The notes below the pieces were generated by a model. That model was given only the letters and a program-made list of their open reading frames with translations, had not been told where the DNA came from and searched no databases. A stretch of 64,000 nt of DNA from Azolla caroliniana. Its lineage: Eukaryota; Plantae; Polypodiophyta. Numbering within the stretch: the stretch's first letter is position 1; every line of letters begins with the position of its first letter. The stretch is taken from contig JBHGNT010000005.1 of NCBI GenBank assembly GCA_043228905.1, forward strand, positions 9,610,001 to 9,674,000, given 5' to 3'. Below, one piece after another: positions 1-13,600 of the stretch. Both the position numbers and the translations under genes were made by a program.

Positions 1-3000
1 GGCGGGTAGGTCGGGTGTAGCTCGTCCCGATGTCGGACTACGAAGTGCATCTGACAGCTTTCGCAAGTCGTTACGAACCGATGCACATCCCGGTACAGCC
101 CCGGCCACTAGTACTTCTCCTTCAACTTCTCGAATGTGGCCCACGTTCCGCGGTGCCTGGCCTAGGGACTTTCGTGAAATGCCGCTAGTAATTCCTCCTG
201 TTCTTCTTTCTTTGCCACTACTCGGAGCAGGATGCCGTGTCTTTTCTTTGGGTGCCTCCATATGCACCCATCCCGTAGGAAGAATCGGTATGCCTTCTTC
301 CGTACCCGGCTCGCCTCTTCTCTCGTCCACGCTGCGTCCGGCGTCATCGCCCGTAGGAACCTCCCGATTTGGAGCCACTCCCCGTCGTACCTACTTTCAT
401 CAAATTCGTTAAGCGCTGGAGTGTCCCCTTTCCTCGTCGTTACGTTAGCCGACCCGAAGAAGTCCTCGCCGACTTCTTCGTCATCCGAAACCATGCCGTC
501 TTTGTCGTTGAACCTCGCTCTCGAAAGCATGTCGGCCATGGCGTTATCCTTTTCGGAGATGTGCCGTATCTCCGGGTTCAGGGACTTAATGTATGCTATC
601 CACCGGAGCATTGCTAGGTCCGGCGTCGCGCATCCGGAAACCATGCCGAGTATCGACAGGTAGTCCGACTCGATGATCACCTTCATCCCGATCAGATAGT
701 CCTTGTCGGCCTTGACTGCCGAAACGATACCCCAAAGCTCGTGCTTAACTTGGGCGTATCCTCGTTGCTGCTTGCTCAATACCTTCGCCCCGAACCGGAT
801 CGGGAACTGTGCGCCGTCCTCGTTCTCCTGGTTGATCACCCACCCGATCCTAGTCGGGCTCGTGTCCACCGTCACGTAGATGGGGACTCCCTTGTCGTAA
901 GCCGCTTTACGGAGAGCTGGTGCTACCGTAAGCACCTCCTTTAGTCTCTAGACCGACTCTGTGTGCTCCGTCCTCCAGTCAAAGCTACGCCCCCTTTTCA
1001 ATAGTCCGTAGAGGGGTTCTGCGACATGTGCGTAGTGCGGGATCCAGATGTGGTAGAACGCGCATGCACCCAAGAATCTACGGACCTCCGTAACCGACCC
1101 GCAATCATTCCTCATCGCGGAGATGGCCTCTACCTTTGTCGGAGACGATTTCCTACCGTAACTCCCGCACAAGTGTTCGACCACCAAGATCTCCGACTAC
1201 CCGAACGCCGATTTTTCTCCGGAGAAGGTGAGTCGTGCGCTCTCGAGCTTCTGCAGCACCTTCTCGCAGTCGTTGATGTGGTTCACGACGAACCTCCGGC
1301 ATCCATCTGGTCCGACAATCTCGTCCGCATCTTCCACCGGACACCCCTTTATCGGGATGTCGTCCAAGAATGGCATGGTGATGTCCGGGATGCAGTCCCT
1401 CAGCACCTTGTTCATTGCGTTCACCATATGCGCCACCGAATTCGTTCTGCCTTGTGGTAGGTAGGGTACACATCCGTACTAGGTTGAGAGGAGTTTGCAT
1501 CGTCGTGATATCCCTGCTCTCCACGACTAGCTGGAACTGGTCGTACCCCGAGTATAAGTCACCGACCGAATAGACCGACCTTCCAGCGAAGGCCTCCGCG
1601 AACTCATCTATGGTCAGTCCGATTCCTGCGTTACGGATGGTCACCCTATTGACCGATTGCAGGTCCTGAATGAAGCGCAACATGTCGTTCTTTTTCGGCA
1701 CCATAAACCACCGATTTGAATATGGGGCACTCGACGGTTCGAGGATGCCCATCTCCACCTTTTGCTTTAGAAGCTCCATCAACTTCGGGATGTGAGCTCT
1801 CGGCATCGGAATTGGTTTGAGATTCCACGGTACATGCGGTACCGTGAAGATCACCATCGGTTCGACGATTGTCGGGTCCACGCACCCGATCTCCTCCGGC
1901 GAGAACGCGAAGGCTTTCCCATGCCTTCCGAGCATTCTCTGAAACTTGTCCTCCTCCGCCGGCAGTAGAAAGCCACCCCCACCAACCTTGAGCTCCCGTA
2001 GCGTTATGTCGGTGAACCGGTGCCCTATGCCAGCCGGATTCCGTAAACTTGGGTCCGACGCGACCCCTTTTATCCGCTCCTCGCTACCCTCCGGCAAGGG
2101 TGCCGCGACTGGCCTCACCTTCCGGTCCACAGTCTTGTACTTTGTATCCACGCGGGCCGTCCGATCCGACCCGATCCTTTCCCCGAACTAACCGAAATGG
2201 TCTGGTCTTCTCTAAGGTCTTCACCGATCACCTTTCGCAACTCGCCCAAGGTGTCGTCAAAAGAGACTGCCTCCACGGCGCCGCTGATTTCTTCGTCGGG
2301 GGAGAGGACTCCGCATCCCCTGAGCCGCTCCTCCGCTCGCTTCCTCTCCCGGCCGCTGATGCCGGCTATAATACAACCTCCATTTTCGGAGAACAAAAAC
2401 TTCCTACCTACTGTACATGTGTGGGGTTCTTCCGATACGTCCGGACTACCGTGGCCCCACGCCTTGATAGCCCTCTCTAAAAATCCCCTTGGTTGTCGCC
2501 GTCGAGGGTCTCGCGATTCCTCTCATGGTTCGGATGTACGGTCATGAATTGGACGGAATGCCGACCGTCTTGGCTCTTGACGCACGCGTACGCCGAACCG
2601 TTGTCCAGCACCTTCGTCTCCATGTGTGCTGCGGTAATGTACGGTTCGCCGAGAATCACCGGGTGCAAGGATGTTTCCTACACGAAGAAATATTGATCTA
2701 TCTCGACATTATCGATCTTTACGCGTACATTCAGGCACGCACCATGCGTCGCCGCGCGTATCTTCCACCCGTGCTTGGTGTTGATCGGCCATTTACCCTT
2801 CTTGTAGAAATCCATGGACATCAGGTTGATTTCGGATCCATGGTCTACCAAGGCCACCACCGATTCAGGAACGTCGCCGATCTGCACAAGGGTTTCGTGG
2901 TTGCCCTGGCCCAATGCGGCTTCACGTACTGGCTTTCCGCCAACTCGTCTTCTTTGGCTGTGTCTTCTAAGTGCGTAGTCCGCACCTCCATCGGCTTCTC

Positions 3001-3382
3001 CGGTTCCAGCTTCGTCGAGAGCCTCTTCCGCTTCACCAAGTCTACAATGGAGTTGTGGAACCCCTCTTGGCGATTCCCAGCACCTCCCGCAACGACAGCT
3101 CCACTTTAATGTCAAGGATCCGCTCTTCAAGGACCTTCCGTAGGTCCGTTGCTCTCTTGATTTCGGTGCTCAACCGAAACCCCGCCTGCTTCTTCCCATC
3201 CGGCGCGCCTAGGTTGCCGGCACTAGTCAGTTTCGGTCTGAACCAGGTCTCGTACCTCTGCGGGGGACCGACCCCTCCGGCCTTTCCTGCCCGTTTGTCT
3301 TCCATCAGAACTTCGTAGTTCTAGCAAGCGGCTTCTACGAAGCCCGTTTTCTCTTCGACCGGATCGTCCCATTCGGTGACCT
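1..3382 (-). mobile_element. Ty3/gypsy retrotransposon G1, internal region (gag C-terminus, protease, RT, RNase H, start of integrase), decayed, no LTR in window
   Basis: Protease LVDHGSEINLM (2678-3130); RT with MPFLDDIPIKG motif (1197-2151); RNase H 162-935; integrase zinc finger GHRG...CESC at 1-160. Order PR-RT-RH-INT; stops and frameshifts. Confidence 0.93.
2421..2486 (-). promoter_or_regulatory. Predicted -1 ribosomal frameshift signal (GGATTTT + 6-nt spacer + H-type pseudoknot) of G1
   Basis: G GAT TTT TAG ends the gag-protease frame; the -1 frame is open into ORF 2115-2396; stems GGGCTATC/GGTAGTCC and GTGGGG/CCCCAC. Confidence 0.72.
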
Positions 3383-4431
3383 AGTTTCCGACAGTGTTTC
3401 CAAAGTTCAAAAGCTGTCGAGCATGATTGCACTGTGAAGTACACTGACTCCGACAGGTGCATCTGAATAGTGGCGCAGACAATTCTGTCCAGCTTTAGCC
3501 ACTCGTTTGCCTTGTATGCTTCTGGAGGATTTTCATTCTCAATCGGGTCTATCTGACCCTTGACTATGAGATAATCCTGCATTTGTTCCTTCGAGAAGTT
3601 GAAGTTCGAACCGTCGAACCTCCTTAGACTCATCTCCGATGAGCCGGATGTTGATGCCATCTGATTCGGTTTCGGTTGGGAAGGCCCAATTCGGAGTTGA
3701 CTACGAACCTTAGTGGGGTGCAGCCGGCCGGCTCACCCGATATCATTCTAGTCGGTTTTGAACCCGAGTCGGTTCGGTTTCGGATGTTTGTTTGCTGAAC
3801 TTGCTCGGAGTGACTCCGGTAACTTGAGGGACAGAAGCGGCTGGTCTTCCCGAATGTTGCCGAGACGAAGTGAGCCCGGTTAGCTTCCGATTGTATGCCG
3901 AATACCGATTACAAGAAACCGATTGTTTGGGCCGATTCTGCTTCGGATGACTGCAGCGATGAGAGGGACGGATCCAACTGATCCTCCCGAATGTCGATCA
4001 ACCGAATGAAGCACGAATTTGGTTGTTGCCAGGAGACCAATCTGCATCAGGTGGTTACAACAAGCGAGTGAATAGCGTCCGGTGACCTATTCGGATGTTG
4101 TTTAACCGAACGAAGCACGATTGGGTCGATTGTTGCACAAGGAACTCCCCTCATGCGGTTATAATCACAGGAACAGAGTACAGCCGACTGGTTTACTCCA
4201 ATTTGTGATTTAACACAGTGAGATGTGAGCTTTTTGTTTTTTCTTCTCTCTTCTCTGTTCTTCAAGAAGTTACAAAAACAGAATGTTGTGTGGTGTACTA
4301 TGACGGCCGACAGCGGGTTGAAGAACCTCCAACGCTCTGATACCAAATGTTGGGGACAAGGCCGTCAATGCGGAAGTGCAAGCAACATTCGTGATGAAGA
4401 AGAACATGTGTATGCGCATAAGCAAGATAGG

Positions 4432-4468
<37 letters not shown>

Positions 4469-4669
4469 GCACAAAGAAAACATTATATTCCAATAGCAAC
4501 AGTTACAAAGAATGACAGCCAACAACAACCTTAACTAAAGGTTACAAAGTCACTTTATATAGTGACTGTCCTAGGGCAACTGCCCTTTATGCTATTTACA
4601 GAAATGGCCCAAACTTGGGTTGTCCAAAGGGACAGTGTGAATACGGCCATTATACACTCGTATTCGACA
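3383..4669 (-). mobile_element. Ty1/copia family A copy A1: 5' LTR (4348-4669), PBS, leader and truncated gag
   Basis: LTR TG...CA homologous to 34698-34994; tRNA-iMet PBS at 4334-4345; gag MASTSGSSEMSLRRFDGSNF from 3660. Inserted into the gag of older copy A0. Confidence 0.92.
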
Positions 4670-5379
4670 TGTAGGACTACCTAATAGTCAAGGGTAAGAT
4701 CAACCCAATCAAAATAGAAAACTCTTAACGCTCCAGAAGGATATAAACCGAATTAGTGGACGAAGTTGGATCGAATTGTTCGCACCACCATTCAGATGCA
4801 CTTATCGGAGTCAGTGTACTTCATAGTGCAATCATGTTTGACTGCCTTCCAACTATGGAAAACACTCTCGAACACTTACGAAAAGAAGGTCACCGCAACA
4901 AAGATATATCTGATCAAGCGCCTCTACAACCTTCAGATACATGAATCAAACTCGATCCATGCACACCTCAACGAGTACGAAGGCCTAAGCTCCCAAATTT
5001 TGGCTCAATGGATGATAATTGAAGACGAATTAAAAGCAATGTTGCTAATGAGTAGTCTCCCCCCTTCTGGGAAACTTTCGTCACAACTATGTGCAATGTG
5101 TTGACTGCCACCATAAAGTACTATGAAGTCATGAGCGCAATCCTAACTGAAGCAACTCGAAGGAAATCATTTGCAAACGATTCGGCCAATGACGCCTACG
5201 TAGTACAAGGTTCAGCCAACCAACCGAACAATCAAGGAAGAAGTTCTTCCCAACCGTTGAACAATGCACGAAGATTGAGCAAGTCTCAAGACAATCGAAC
5301 TTGCAACTATTGCAAGAAAACCCGAATATATCAAGGCCAATTGCATGCCCTCAAAGCCAAGAATGATAAAGCTCAGCGA

Positions 5380-6596
5380 TGTCGTGAAGATCCGTCACTA
5401 CGTGCGGATCGTGAGGTAGAACTGCTAGGGTTCTGGACCGGAAGGATTCGAAGTTTGCACAAGCTTTAGCGAGAAAGTATTTAAGATAGATTGAAAGAGA
5501 GAGAGATTGAGATAAGATAGAACAATTGACTTTAGATTGAGAGAGATATTAAGATTGAACTCTTGACTTTAATACAAGAGAAAATTTTGAAGAACAAGAT
5601 TGATACATCAATTGGATAACGAATTTTCTTACTTTTAATTTCTTGATTAATACATCACTCCCTTTCTTTCTTTTTCGTCCACTCTTTTATAGATGTCCCC
5701 ATGCATATGATGCATGTGGGGTACAAGACATGCATAAAATGCATGATGCATGTTTGCCATTTGGTGCTCATGCGTTACATGTGATGCATGATAACCATGT
5801 CACTCATTTAAGCTCTCATATGAGAATTTTCAACTAAAACTATAATGATAAAATTATAGCTTTAAGAAAATGACTTCGCTTAGTGGTAAGTATATTGCTT
5901 TCTATCTTGGAGGTGCAAGGTTCAAGTCTTGTTTATATGCCTTTTAATGCATAAAATACTATTAGTCTTTTGGACCAAATATCTTTAAAACACCATGCAC
6001 CGCGATCAACTGACCCGACCGATCCGTTCAATTTGCATCCGTTCAGTTTGGCCCGGTTTCGTCCACATCCCGAGGTTGTCGGATGCCAGTAACCAGGTTT
6101 GCCGACACCGGTCGGTCGCCGGTTGCTGGTTTCGTCCGCATCCCTGTCACCGCTCGTCGGTTCCATCACCATCCGTCCGTCCGGTTCTGGTTCCGTCGTC
6201 GTCCAAAACCAATGAACTTGGCTACATCCATTCATCAAGTCATTCAACTCATCCTTTCTATTCTCCACACATAATCAAGGATAATAGCTTTTGCTCTGCC
6301 TTATATATGGTGAGATCCTTATTTGTCCTGTCTATGTGGGACATCTCACAATTTTTTATTTTTCTCTTTTTTTTTGCAAACTTCATACCCACATAACTTG
6401 ACACTTAGATGTTCGTTTGTTATGTAGCAAAGTGCATTCAAAAGCTCTTCAAAACCTCCATCTTTTTGTACCAATATATTAAACTTATTTAAAATAGTAT
6501 CTTCACTATTATTGTTTTATATTTCGTGAGAAGAACCACATTCAATTTCGTATGTTCCTCACAAGTTTCACACCATTGCCGAAAATCTTCACGACA
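5380..6596 (-). mobile_element. Gypsy (G lineage) solo LTR inserted in A0 gag
   Basis: 12-bp inverted termini TGTCGTGAAGAT/ATCTTCACGACA; flanks GCGA/TCGA (4-bp TSD, one mismatch); host gag resumes afterwards; internal homology to LTR 59435-60076 in reverse orientation. Confidence 0.85.
5876..5931 (+). promoter_or_regulatory. tRNA-like Pol III A-box/B-box module inside gypsy solo LTR (antisense to the element)
   Basis: CGCTTAGTGGTAAG-N28-GGTTCAAGTC, followed by TTTT at 5942-5945; same spacing in two other LTRs. Confidence 0.6.
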
Positions 6597-8841
6597 TCGA
6601 GTTGATCAGAAACGTCGTTGGCATGAGGAGGTTAACTACATCGGATCTTCAGCTGAAGTATTTTCGGATGATCACAACATCTTGTTCATAGAATAGTCAC
6701 TCAAATCCGATGTTATGATTACAACTAAGAATCGAGCACATGACTCCTGGATTCAGGTGCATCCTACCATGTGGCTCCTCATCAATCCCAATTTCTGCAA
6801 TATTCAGCCCAACATTCCAACTTTGTTCGAGTCGGAAACTTGCAGCATTGTGCCATAATTGGAATTGGCATTGTAGAGGTCAACCTTCCAGGAGGCTCTA
6901 GGCTAGTACTACACAATGTATGACATGTACGTGAGCTTTCACAACTGCTGATTTTAATTGGACAACTTTACGAAGACGACATTAGTGTCGGCTTCTCATT
7001 AGGAGGGTGGACACTCCACAAGGGGAACCTCCTACTTGCTCGAGGTTTGAAGGTACATTCATTGTACCCGCTCTATGTCACACTCAAAGAGGGTGACTTG
7101 TTTCTGGTCGACATTCCCGTGTCATCATTGTGACACGGCCGACTCAGACACTTCAGCAAGGGCTGGCAATGGTATAAGAAGTTCGATGACTTCATTCAAT
7201 CGGTCAACTTCTCAAAGAATGATGAGGACCACTGCCTCTTCACCAAAACAACTCGAGATGGGCCTCCCATCTTCCTCATCATCTACGTAGACGACATGTT
7301 CCTCTCCAACCGCCATGTCGAAGAGCTTGTCGATCTTGTTTGGCAACTACGGCTGAAGTTCTCCATGAAGGACCTCGGTCCGACGAGACACATTCTCAGG
7401 ATGAAGATTAGTCACCTTCAAAATCAGCAACAATTGTTCATGTCGCAAGCCGACTATGTCGCTCGTGTCCTTGAATGCTTCAACATGCAACCGGCCAAAT
7501 CTGCTTCAACACTGTTTCCAATTAGTCTTCGGTTGTCTCAATGAGACTACCCGACATCCGTTCCAGAGGTGGAAGATATGAAGTCGGTGTCGTATGTACC
7601 AGCAGTAAGCTCCTTGATGTACGTGATGGTAATGACACGGTCTTACATTGCTCATGTCGTAGGAATCCGCAATAGATTTATGCACAATCCCGGCCGATCA
7701 CATTGGAACGCAATTAAGCATGTGTTCAAATACCTCGTGGGCACAAGAGACTATGACATCCTATTCGGCACGACGATACTTCAAGCATAGTTTGTTATAC
7801 GATATACTGACTCGGACTTTGCCGGTTGTCTAGACAGTCGAAAATCGACAACCAGATATTGCTTTAAATTCGGCAATGGAGCAATCTCATGGAAGTCCAA
7901 ATTTCAGGAGTGCACTGCTATGTCAACGATTGAGGCTGAATATGTACGTCCGACACGGCAAAAGAGGCCTTATGGCTCGGTTGGCTGCCACACACGTTTT
8001 GACAAGTCAACTCCGACTTGGCACCAGTTGTCTATAGTGACAGACAAGGTGTTGTCACTCTGTCGAGGAATCCTGTTTAGCACAACGCCTCGCAACACAT
8101 CGATGTGAGATATCACTTTGTTCGGGATTGTGTCATTTCAAAAAAAATCGGCCTTGAGAAGATATCTATAGTTGATAATGTAGCAAATGGGATGACCAAG
8201 TGTCTTCTGGCATATCATTGTCCAATCCTTTCGGCACTAGATGAGCGTAACAAAGAATCAGTCCGATTGAGTCAAACATTTAGGATGGTTTTGGACAATC
8301 AGACTTAGACTCTCCGACTGGGATTCCCTTTCGAACTAGTTGGTTTGGCTTTAGCTCTTTCGGCCTCGGCCAATCTGACCTTTTGTTCCTGGATGTTGCC
8401 AATTCAAACAAAAGCCAACTTGCTCAACAAACCTTTGTATAAATTTGTATTTTTCTTATTACAGATTTTTGTTGTATACACCCATTATGGGGGAGTGTCG
8501 AATACAGGTACTTCATGGACGTATTCACATTGTCATATTTGGACATAATAGGTTTTAGGTTATTTATGTAAATACTAGAAAGGACAATTGCCCTAAGTCG
8601 GTTGGTATTTAAACTGACTCTTGTAACCTAGTTGTAGAGGTTGTTCATATTATACTATGCCATTGTAGCGTTGAGTAGAATAATACAGTTACATTATCTT
8701 GTGCCTACTTTGGTGTCTCTTTTCTCCTTGTTTTCTCTCTGATCTTGTCTTTGATTAAGTTGCGTTTACGCTTAAATTTTGTTATTGTTTGCTACCTACT
8801 TGAGATCTTCATAGGAAGAGCGTTGATTCTTGTTCCGCACC

Positions 8842-9490
8842 TGATGGCTAGTTCCAAGAGGTACAAACCTTAGCAAAAGAAAAAGGTCTACCATGAGGGT
8901 TATCATCACCATGGCCATTAGCAAGACAAGGACTATCACCATCACCATCTCTCATCATACCACTACTAGAATCAAAAGGGACCTCTAGATTTGGGGGTAT
9001 AAGTGGAGTTATCACAAATCATCTCATGCACAAAAATGGGATAATGATTGGTGAATGTTCATTTGTTTAACATACTTTCATCCGTAAAAAAATAAATCAT
9101 ATTTTCCTGTACTATAGCACACAACGTGAATCCAATCAAACATTATTTTTGGGGGATTAAAACCGCTTTGATACCATATGTAATAACCAAGATCATTAAT
9201 CCTCAAATAAAGACATAAGTGACACAATCATACTAAAAATACGTGTTACCACCCACTCCACCCCCACACCAGAGTCAACAGCACATACGAGGAATCCCAA
9301 TCTATCCTATACCAGCTAGGATCTCCACGTCAAAACCTTGGTAGATGACTAGTCCTCATTAGAGAGAACTTTGTCAGAACCACCCATGGGGCCCCCCTGA
9401 CCAAGGAGAGTATCCCCTATTATAGGACCTAGGCCATGTAATGACATCTACCAAACCAATCATGTGTGGGGTACCCAATGACACATATTA
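8842..9490 (-). mobile_element. Remnant of another LTR retrotransposon (PBS plus adjacent LTR piece), boundaries uncertain
   Basis: tRNA-iMet-type PBS (reverse complement GCTTTGATACCA, 9165-9176) lies 2 nt from TGTAAT at 9179; no recognisable coding domain. Confidence 0.4.
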
Positions 9491-9736
9491 GGTCAGTCCA
9501 ATAAAGTCGACGACGACCTAGATATTATAGTATGATAGCCCCCAAATAAACACATCTAAACAAATGACCATTACTATTGGATGGACATGATGAAATGATG
9601 AAGAAGGATACATGGTTGGTCCAATTGCAAAGATAAGAGGGCTGCGGGTGGAGGCCATGCGCCTTGTTCGTTTTGACCTCAAACTTCAATTTCTCACTCC
9701 TCAGACTTCAGTTCGCGATACACGTATATCAGAATT

Positions 9737-9955
9737 GAATTATATACAACTCCAGAGAAAACTTGTTAAAAATGTATTAACTTGGATGACAGGACATCAC
9801 AATAACATCAATGCAAAGCATGTGAATCCACTATAGGATCATCACCTTTGAATCATATACAACTCAAGAGAAAACTTGTTAAAAAGGTATTAACTTGGAG
9901 GGTGGAACATTAGAATAACATCACTGCAACGCATGTGAATCCCCCTCAGGATCAA
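9737..9955. repeat. Two-copy tandem repeat, about 112-bp unit
   Basis: TGAAT.ATATACAACTC.AGAGAAAACTTGTTAAAAA.GTATTAACTTGGA...GCATGTGAATCC...AGGATCA at 9737 and 9849. Confidence 0.85.
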
Positions 9956-10692
9956 TGATGTAAACTCCTTGACACAAATACTGCCTTCAGCTTCACAAAT
10001 AACGAAAATTCAAATTCAATTTTAGACCCCTTAATCACCAAGCAATTGACCAACCTCACCAGTAGGTTAATCATGGTTTCCAAACTTTTATGGTAGTTGA
10101 TAAAATCATTTAATCTAATCGTAATCCTTACGAAGTCGCTTAAACAAAAGATTGAAACTTTCCAAAGTGAATCACACAGAGAAACAACTGTCATCTTTAG
10201 TTTCACGTGACTTAACGTAGCCACTTCAAATTGGGGCAAATGAAATACTGCTTGAAATTGGGCCACAGCAATAACGAACGGCCATCTGATTAAACTGAAA
10301 ATGACGCTGAGTCTCAGCTGATGGCATTTCATTGTTAAAAGAAACAGGCAAACTAGATCATTGGAAACATTCACAAAGCCCAAGGAAAAATATAAAATTC
10401 CTACTAAATTCATAAAAAATGCATGTATTCACATTTCATGTTTCTCAGAACACTGTACAACCCTAAACAAACGCGGACAATTTTGGGTCTGCCCCACTTT
10501 TGCACTGACCAATAGTTTTCTGGCATGCTGGTGGCACAATATCCTTTGTCTGAAAACAGCAATAACTGACTGCTGGCTTGACCTCACCATCAGAAAAGAT
10601 TTCGGAAGTAAATGCAAAACCACATACCCTTGTATTTGAACAGATTAACATAAACTGCATTGCCTTAAAAGCAAATATTAGCCACATTTAAT

Positions 10693-13600
10693 CTACAGAG
10701 TAGATAAAAGCATCTCTCTGACTTTAGCGCGAATATCTGCAGGCACATCCATGGTCATGCCAGGATTCCGAAGGTCACTAGGGAGGCTAAAAGCCTTTGA
10801 AAGACTTGGGCTCTGAGAGCGCTCCTTTTGAAGTACTTCTTTATTTAGTTCTTTGGTTTGAGATTGTTTAATTTGTTTCCCTGAAGCCACTTTGTCTGAA
10901 TCGGACTGATCTCGCATTCGAATCTTCCTATGCCTTTTTCTTTCCCCTTCTGAATCTGCCTGATCATCTTCAGGCTTCCTGTCTTTCTTACTTCTACTAT
11001 GCTCTCTTTTACTATGATGGTGTCTTCTCTGCTTATAGGACACACAATCCTCATCACTCACTTTGGATCCGCCTTCACGATCCTCAGCATCTGAAGAATC
11101 AGAATCATGCCTTTTCTGTTTGCTATGCTTATCCCTCCTGTGACGCCGGTGCGATCTCTTCTTGCCAGAACGATGATCATGTTCAGAATCACTTCTTGAA
11201 TACTTTCTATGGCGATGAGACTTCTTGGACTTAGTACCCCTTGAATCAAGCTCTGATTCTTTAACACGATTCTCCTCCACTTCTTCAAGAGAAGATTTTC
11301 TATTCATCGAGTGAGATGCACCATTCTTTGTTTCCATATTCTTTACATGTAGATCATCACCATTGGCAACATTATTGCTATTAGTTGTTCCACTTTCCAC
11401 ACCCAAAGTCCCTGGCAGGTCAAAATCGATTTCTGATGAGCATTTTCCACTTTTAATCATAGCTGCAAACATCTTTGCTCTCCTAAGCCTCTCTGCTTTC
11501 AGCTTCTCTGCTGGAGTAAGAAGAGAATCAGCCGAATCAGCCTCTCGCGAGGCTGCAAGAGCTGCAGCTTGCGCCATGGCATTGGCTACAGTCACCCCAT
11601 TATCATTCATATTGAGACCATGGCTGCCTCCATTCGAGAACACTCTTTGTGATAAACCTGAAGAAGATTTGTTAGAATCTTGTTTGATAATTCCTCTCGC
11701 GCCCCGCGTGGCTGCAAGCACAACAGCAGCTGCTGCATCTGCACTCATCCCATACTCTTTGTTGGGCACAGACTCCCAAGAACCCCTTGGTTCGAATCTA
11801 CTAGATGGCCTATTGACAATATTATCCTTGTGCTCCTTCTCAGATTTGCTCTTACTCTTAGCCTTGGTATCCTTAAGCTCTGGAAGAATAGTCTTATTCG
11901 GTGGAATGTACTCTTTTGCTCCGGCAATAATTTTCTTTTTCTTTTCGAGTTGGACAGGTTCTTTGGCTACAACCTTGGATGCTTTAGATCCCGCCCCTTT
12001 TAGGAATCTACTAGAACTAGAAACCTTATCCATTGCAGCCAAGCCATTTGCACCACTTTCCTTTGACTTTCCTTCACCAACATGGGCAGAAGGCGCACCT
12101 ACTAACTCCTTCACATTCTTTAACCTGCCTAGATCCCCCTCTTTATCTTTATTATTATCATTGCCATGATCTTCGTCGTCGTCGTCGTCGTCACCAGTAC
12201 CATATGCCGAACCAAGCAGAGAGAGCCCCTCTCCACCAATGCTTTTAGACTCAGCATTACTCCCTGACACTGGTCTTAGCAACTCTGGATGTTGCACAAG
12301 GTATCTATAATACTCATGAAGATGATGATCGCTATTTAGGAAGCCAAACATTGGATTGTCCCCTTGCTTCACCTTCAAAAGAAATTCCGACTGCCCACCA
12401 TGCTCATTCACAAATTTTGCTGTTCCCGCCATTATTTGATGCAATTTCTCAGATCCCGGCTGAAAGAAACAAATAAAAGAGATGTCAATCCTACACTGTG
12501 TTTGTGGCATAATGAGGCCTAGAATAATACAAACCCCCTGTTGCAAAAACCATGGCTGTTGGGCTTCATCCAAAAGCCATTAATCATCCCCACCTGCAGA
12601 AATTCATGTAATCAGTCTGACACAATAAGATTAAAGGAGTAATTTCCTCACCAACACTATAGCTTCACCAGCAACGAGATAAGGAGCATGTCACAGGTTT
12701 GAATCTAGTTGCCTATTTACATCCATATATGTGCCTATTTACATTTAATAAGTATGGCTATTTATAGCTCCATATTCCAAGATGACTTTTAAGTCTAAAA
12801 AAGTTTAAAGAGATTTACCAGTTTTGATTGGAGAAACTCGGGGACTGGAAATGGTGGAACAAAGCTTCTGATCTTCATGGAAGTTTCCTCGGCCTTCATG
12901 TTCACGGTTGCTTCTGAAGAGTAAGAAAAAGGGACCGCTTGGTAATGGGAATTTCCAGAAATAGACTTTGAAGGCTCTGTAAACCAAAATAAGAATAAAA
13001 GGGATCACATAAGTCAGACATATACATCTACTAGAAATGGGCGGCCGGCCAAGAAGTCGGCCTTCAAACTACATTGCCATCACGTAAAAAGTCCAGACAG
13101 CCTCTCAATTTCAACACAGCATCATCATCATCGTTTCCAATTAAGCTCAAACTTCAACAAAATCAATTAATTAACCTTCAAGATGCAATTAATCTCAAAA
13201 GAATATTAATAATTAAGCTTCAACAATTTATATCAAGTTTGCATACAAATCCAATACTGATTATCATCAATGAAAAACCAAACATGGAAAAGAGAAATGT
13301 GTACTAATCATCATTTGTAAAGGAGGCTCTTACTTACACTTGCTCGTAGAAGACAACAGAATGTAGTCAAAGAGAAGAAGTAGTCTTTTTTTTTTCCTTG
13401 GAAGCAAATTATAAGCTCTGCAACTTTTCACCATGAAGATTTCGGACCAATTCGGGAACCATAAAAGATGAATGATAACAAAATGCATAGAATGCAGAGC
13501 CATAAATACACCCCCAAAAAGCCCTAATTGTTTTCATCAAAACGTCCTGAAAGAGGAAGAAGGGGAGGGGAGGGGAGGGGAGTTATAGAAGAATTATGCA

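Larger units (their letters stand above)
4670..8841 (+). mobile_element. Older, decayed Ty1/copia A-related element A0 (gag, protease, integrase deleted, RT/RNase H, PPT, 3' LTR about 8496-8841)
   Basis: Gag fragments 4766-5379; protease region about 6740-7160; jump to RT at about 7167; RNase H to about 8240; PPT GGGGGAG followed by TGTCGAATAC at 8496. Right end approximate. Confidence 0.85.

Noticed and set aside
9952-10413. 153-aa minus-strand ORF downstream of the SFSWAP-like gene
   Set aside because: AT-rich, with no recognisable domain or splice support; probably UTR or intergenic.
11363-12169. 268-aa plus-strand ORF and other overlapping ORFs
   Set aside because: Antisense shadow of the SFSWAP-like last exon, with no independent motif.
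10693-12573. 626-aa ORF taken as a complete single-exon gene
   Set aside because: Its first 38 codons are intronic; an acceptor at 12460-12461 joins two upstream exons carrying conserved motifs.
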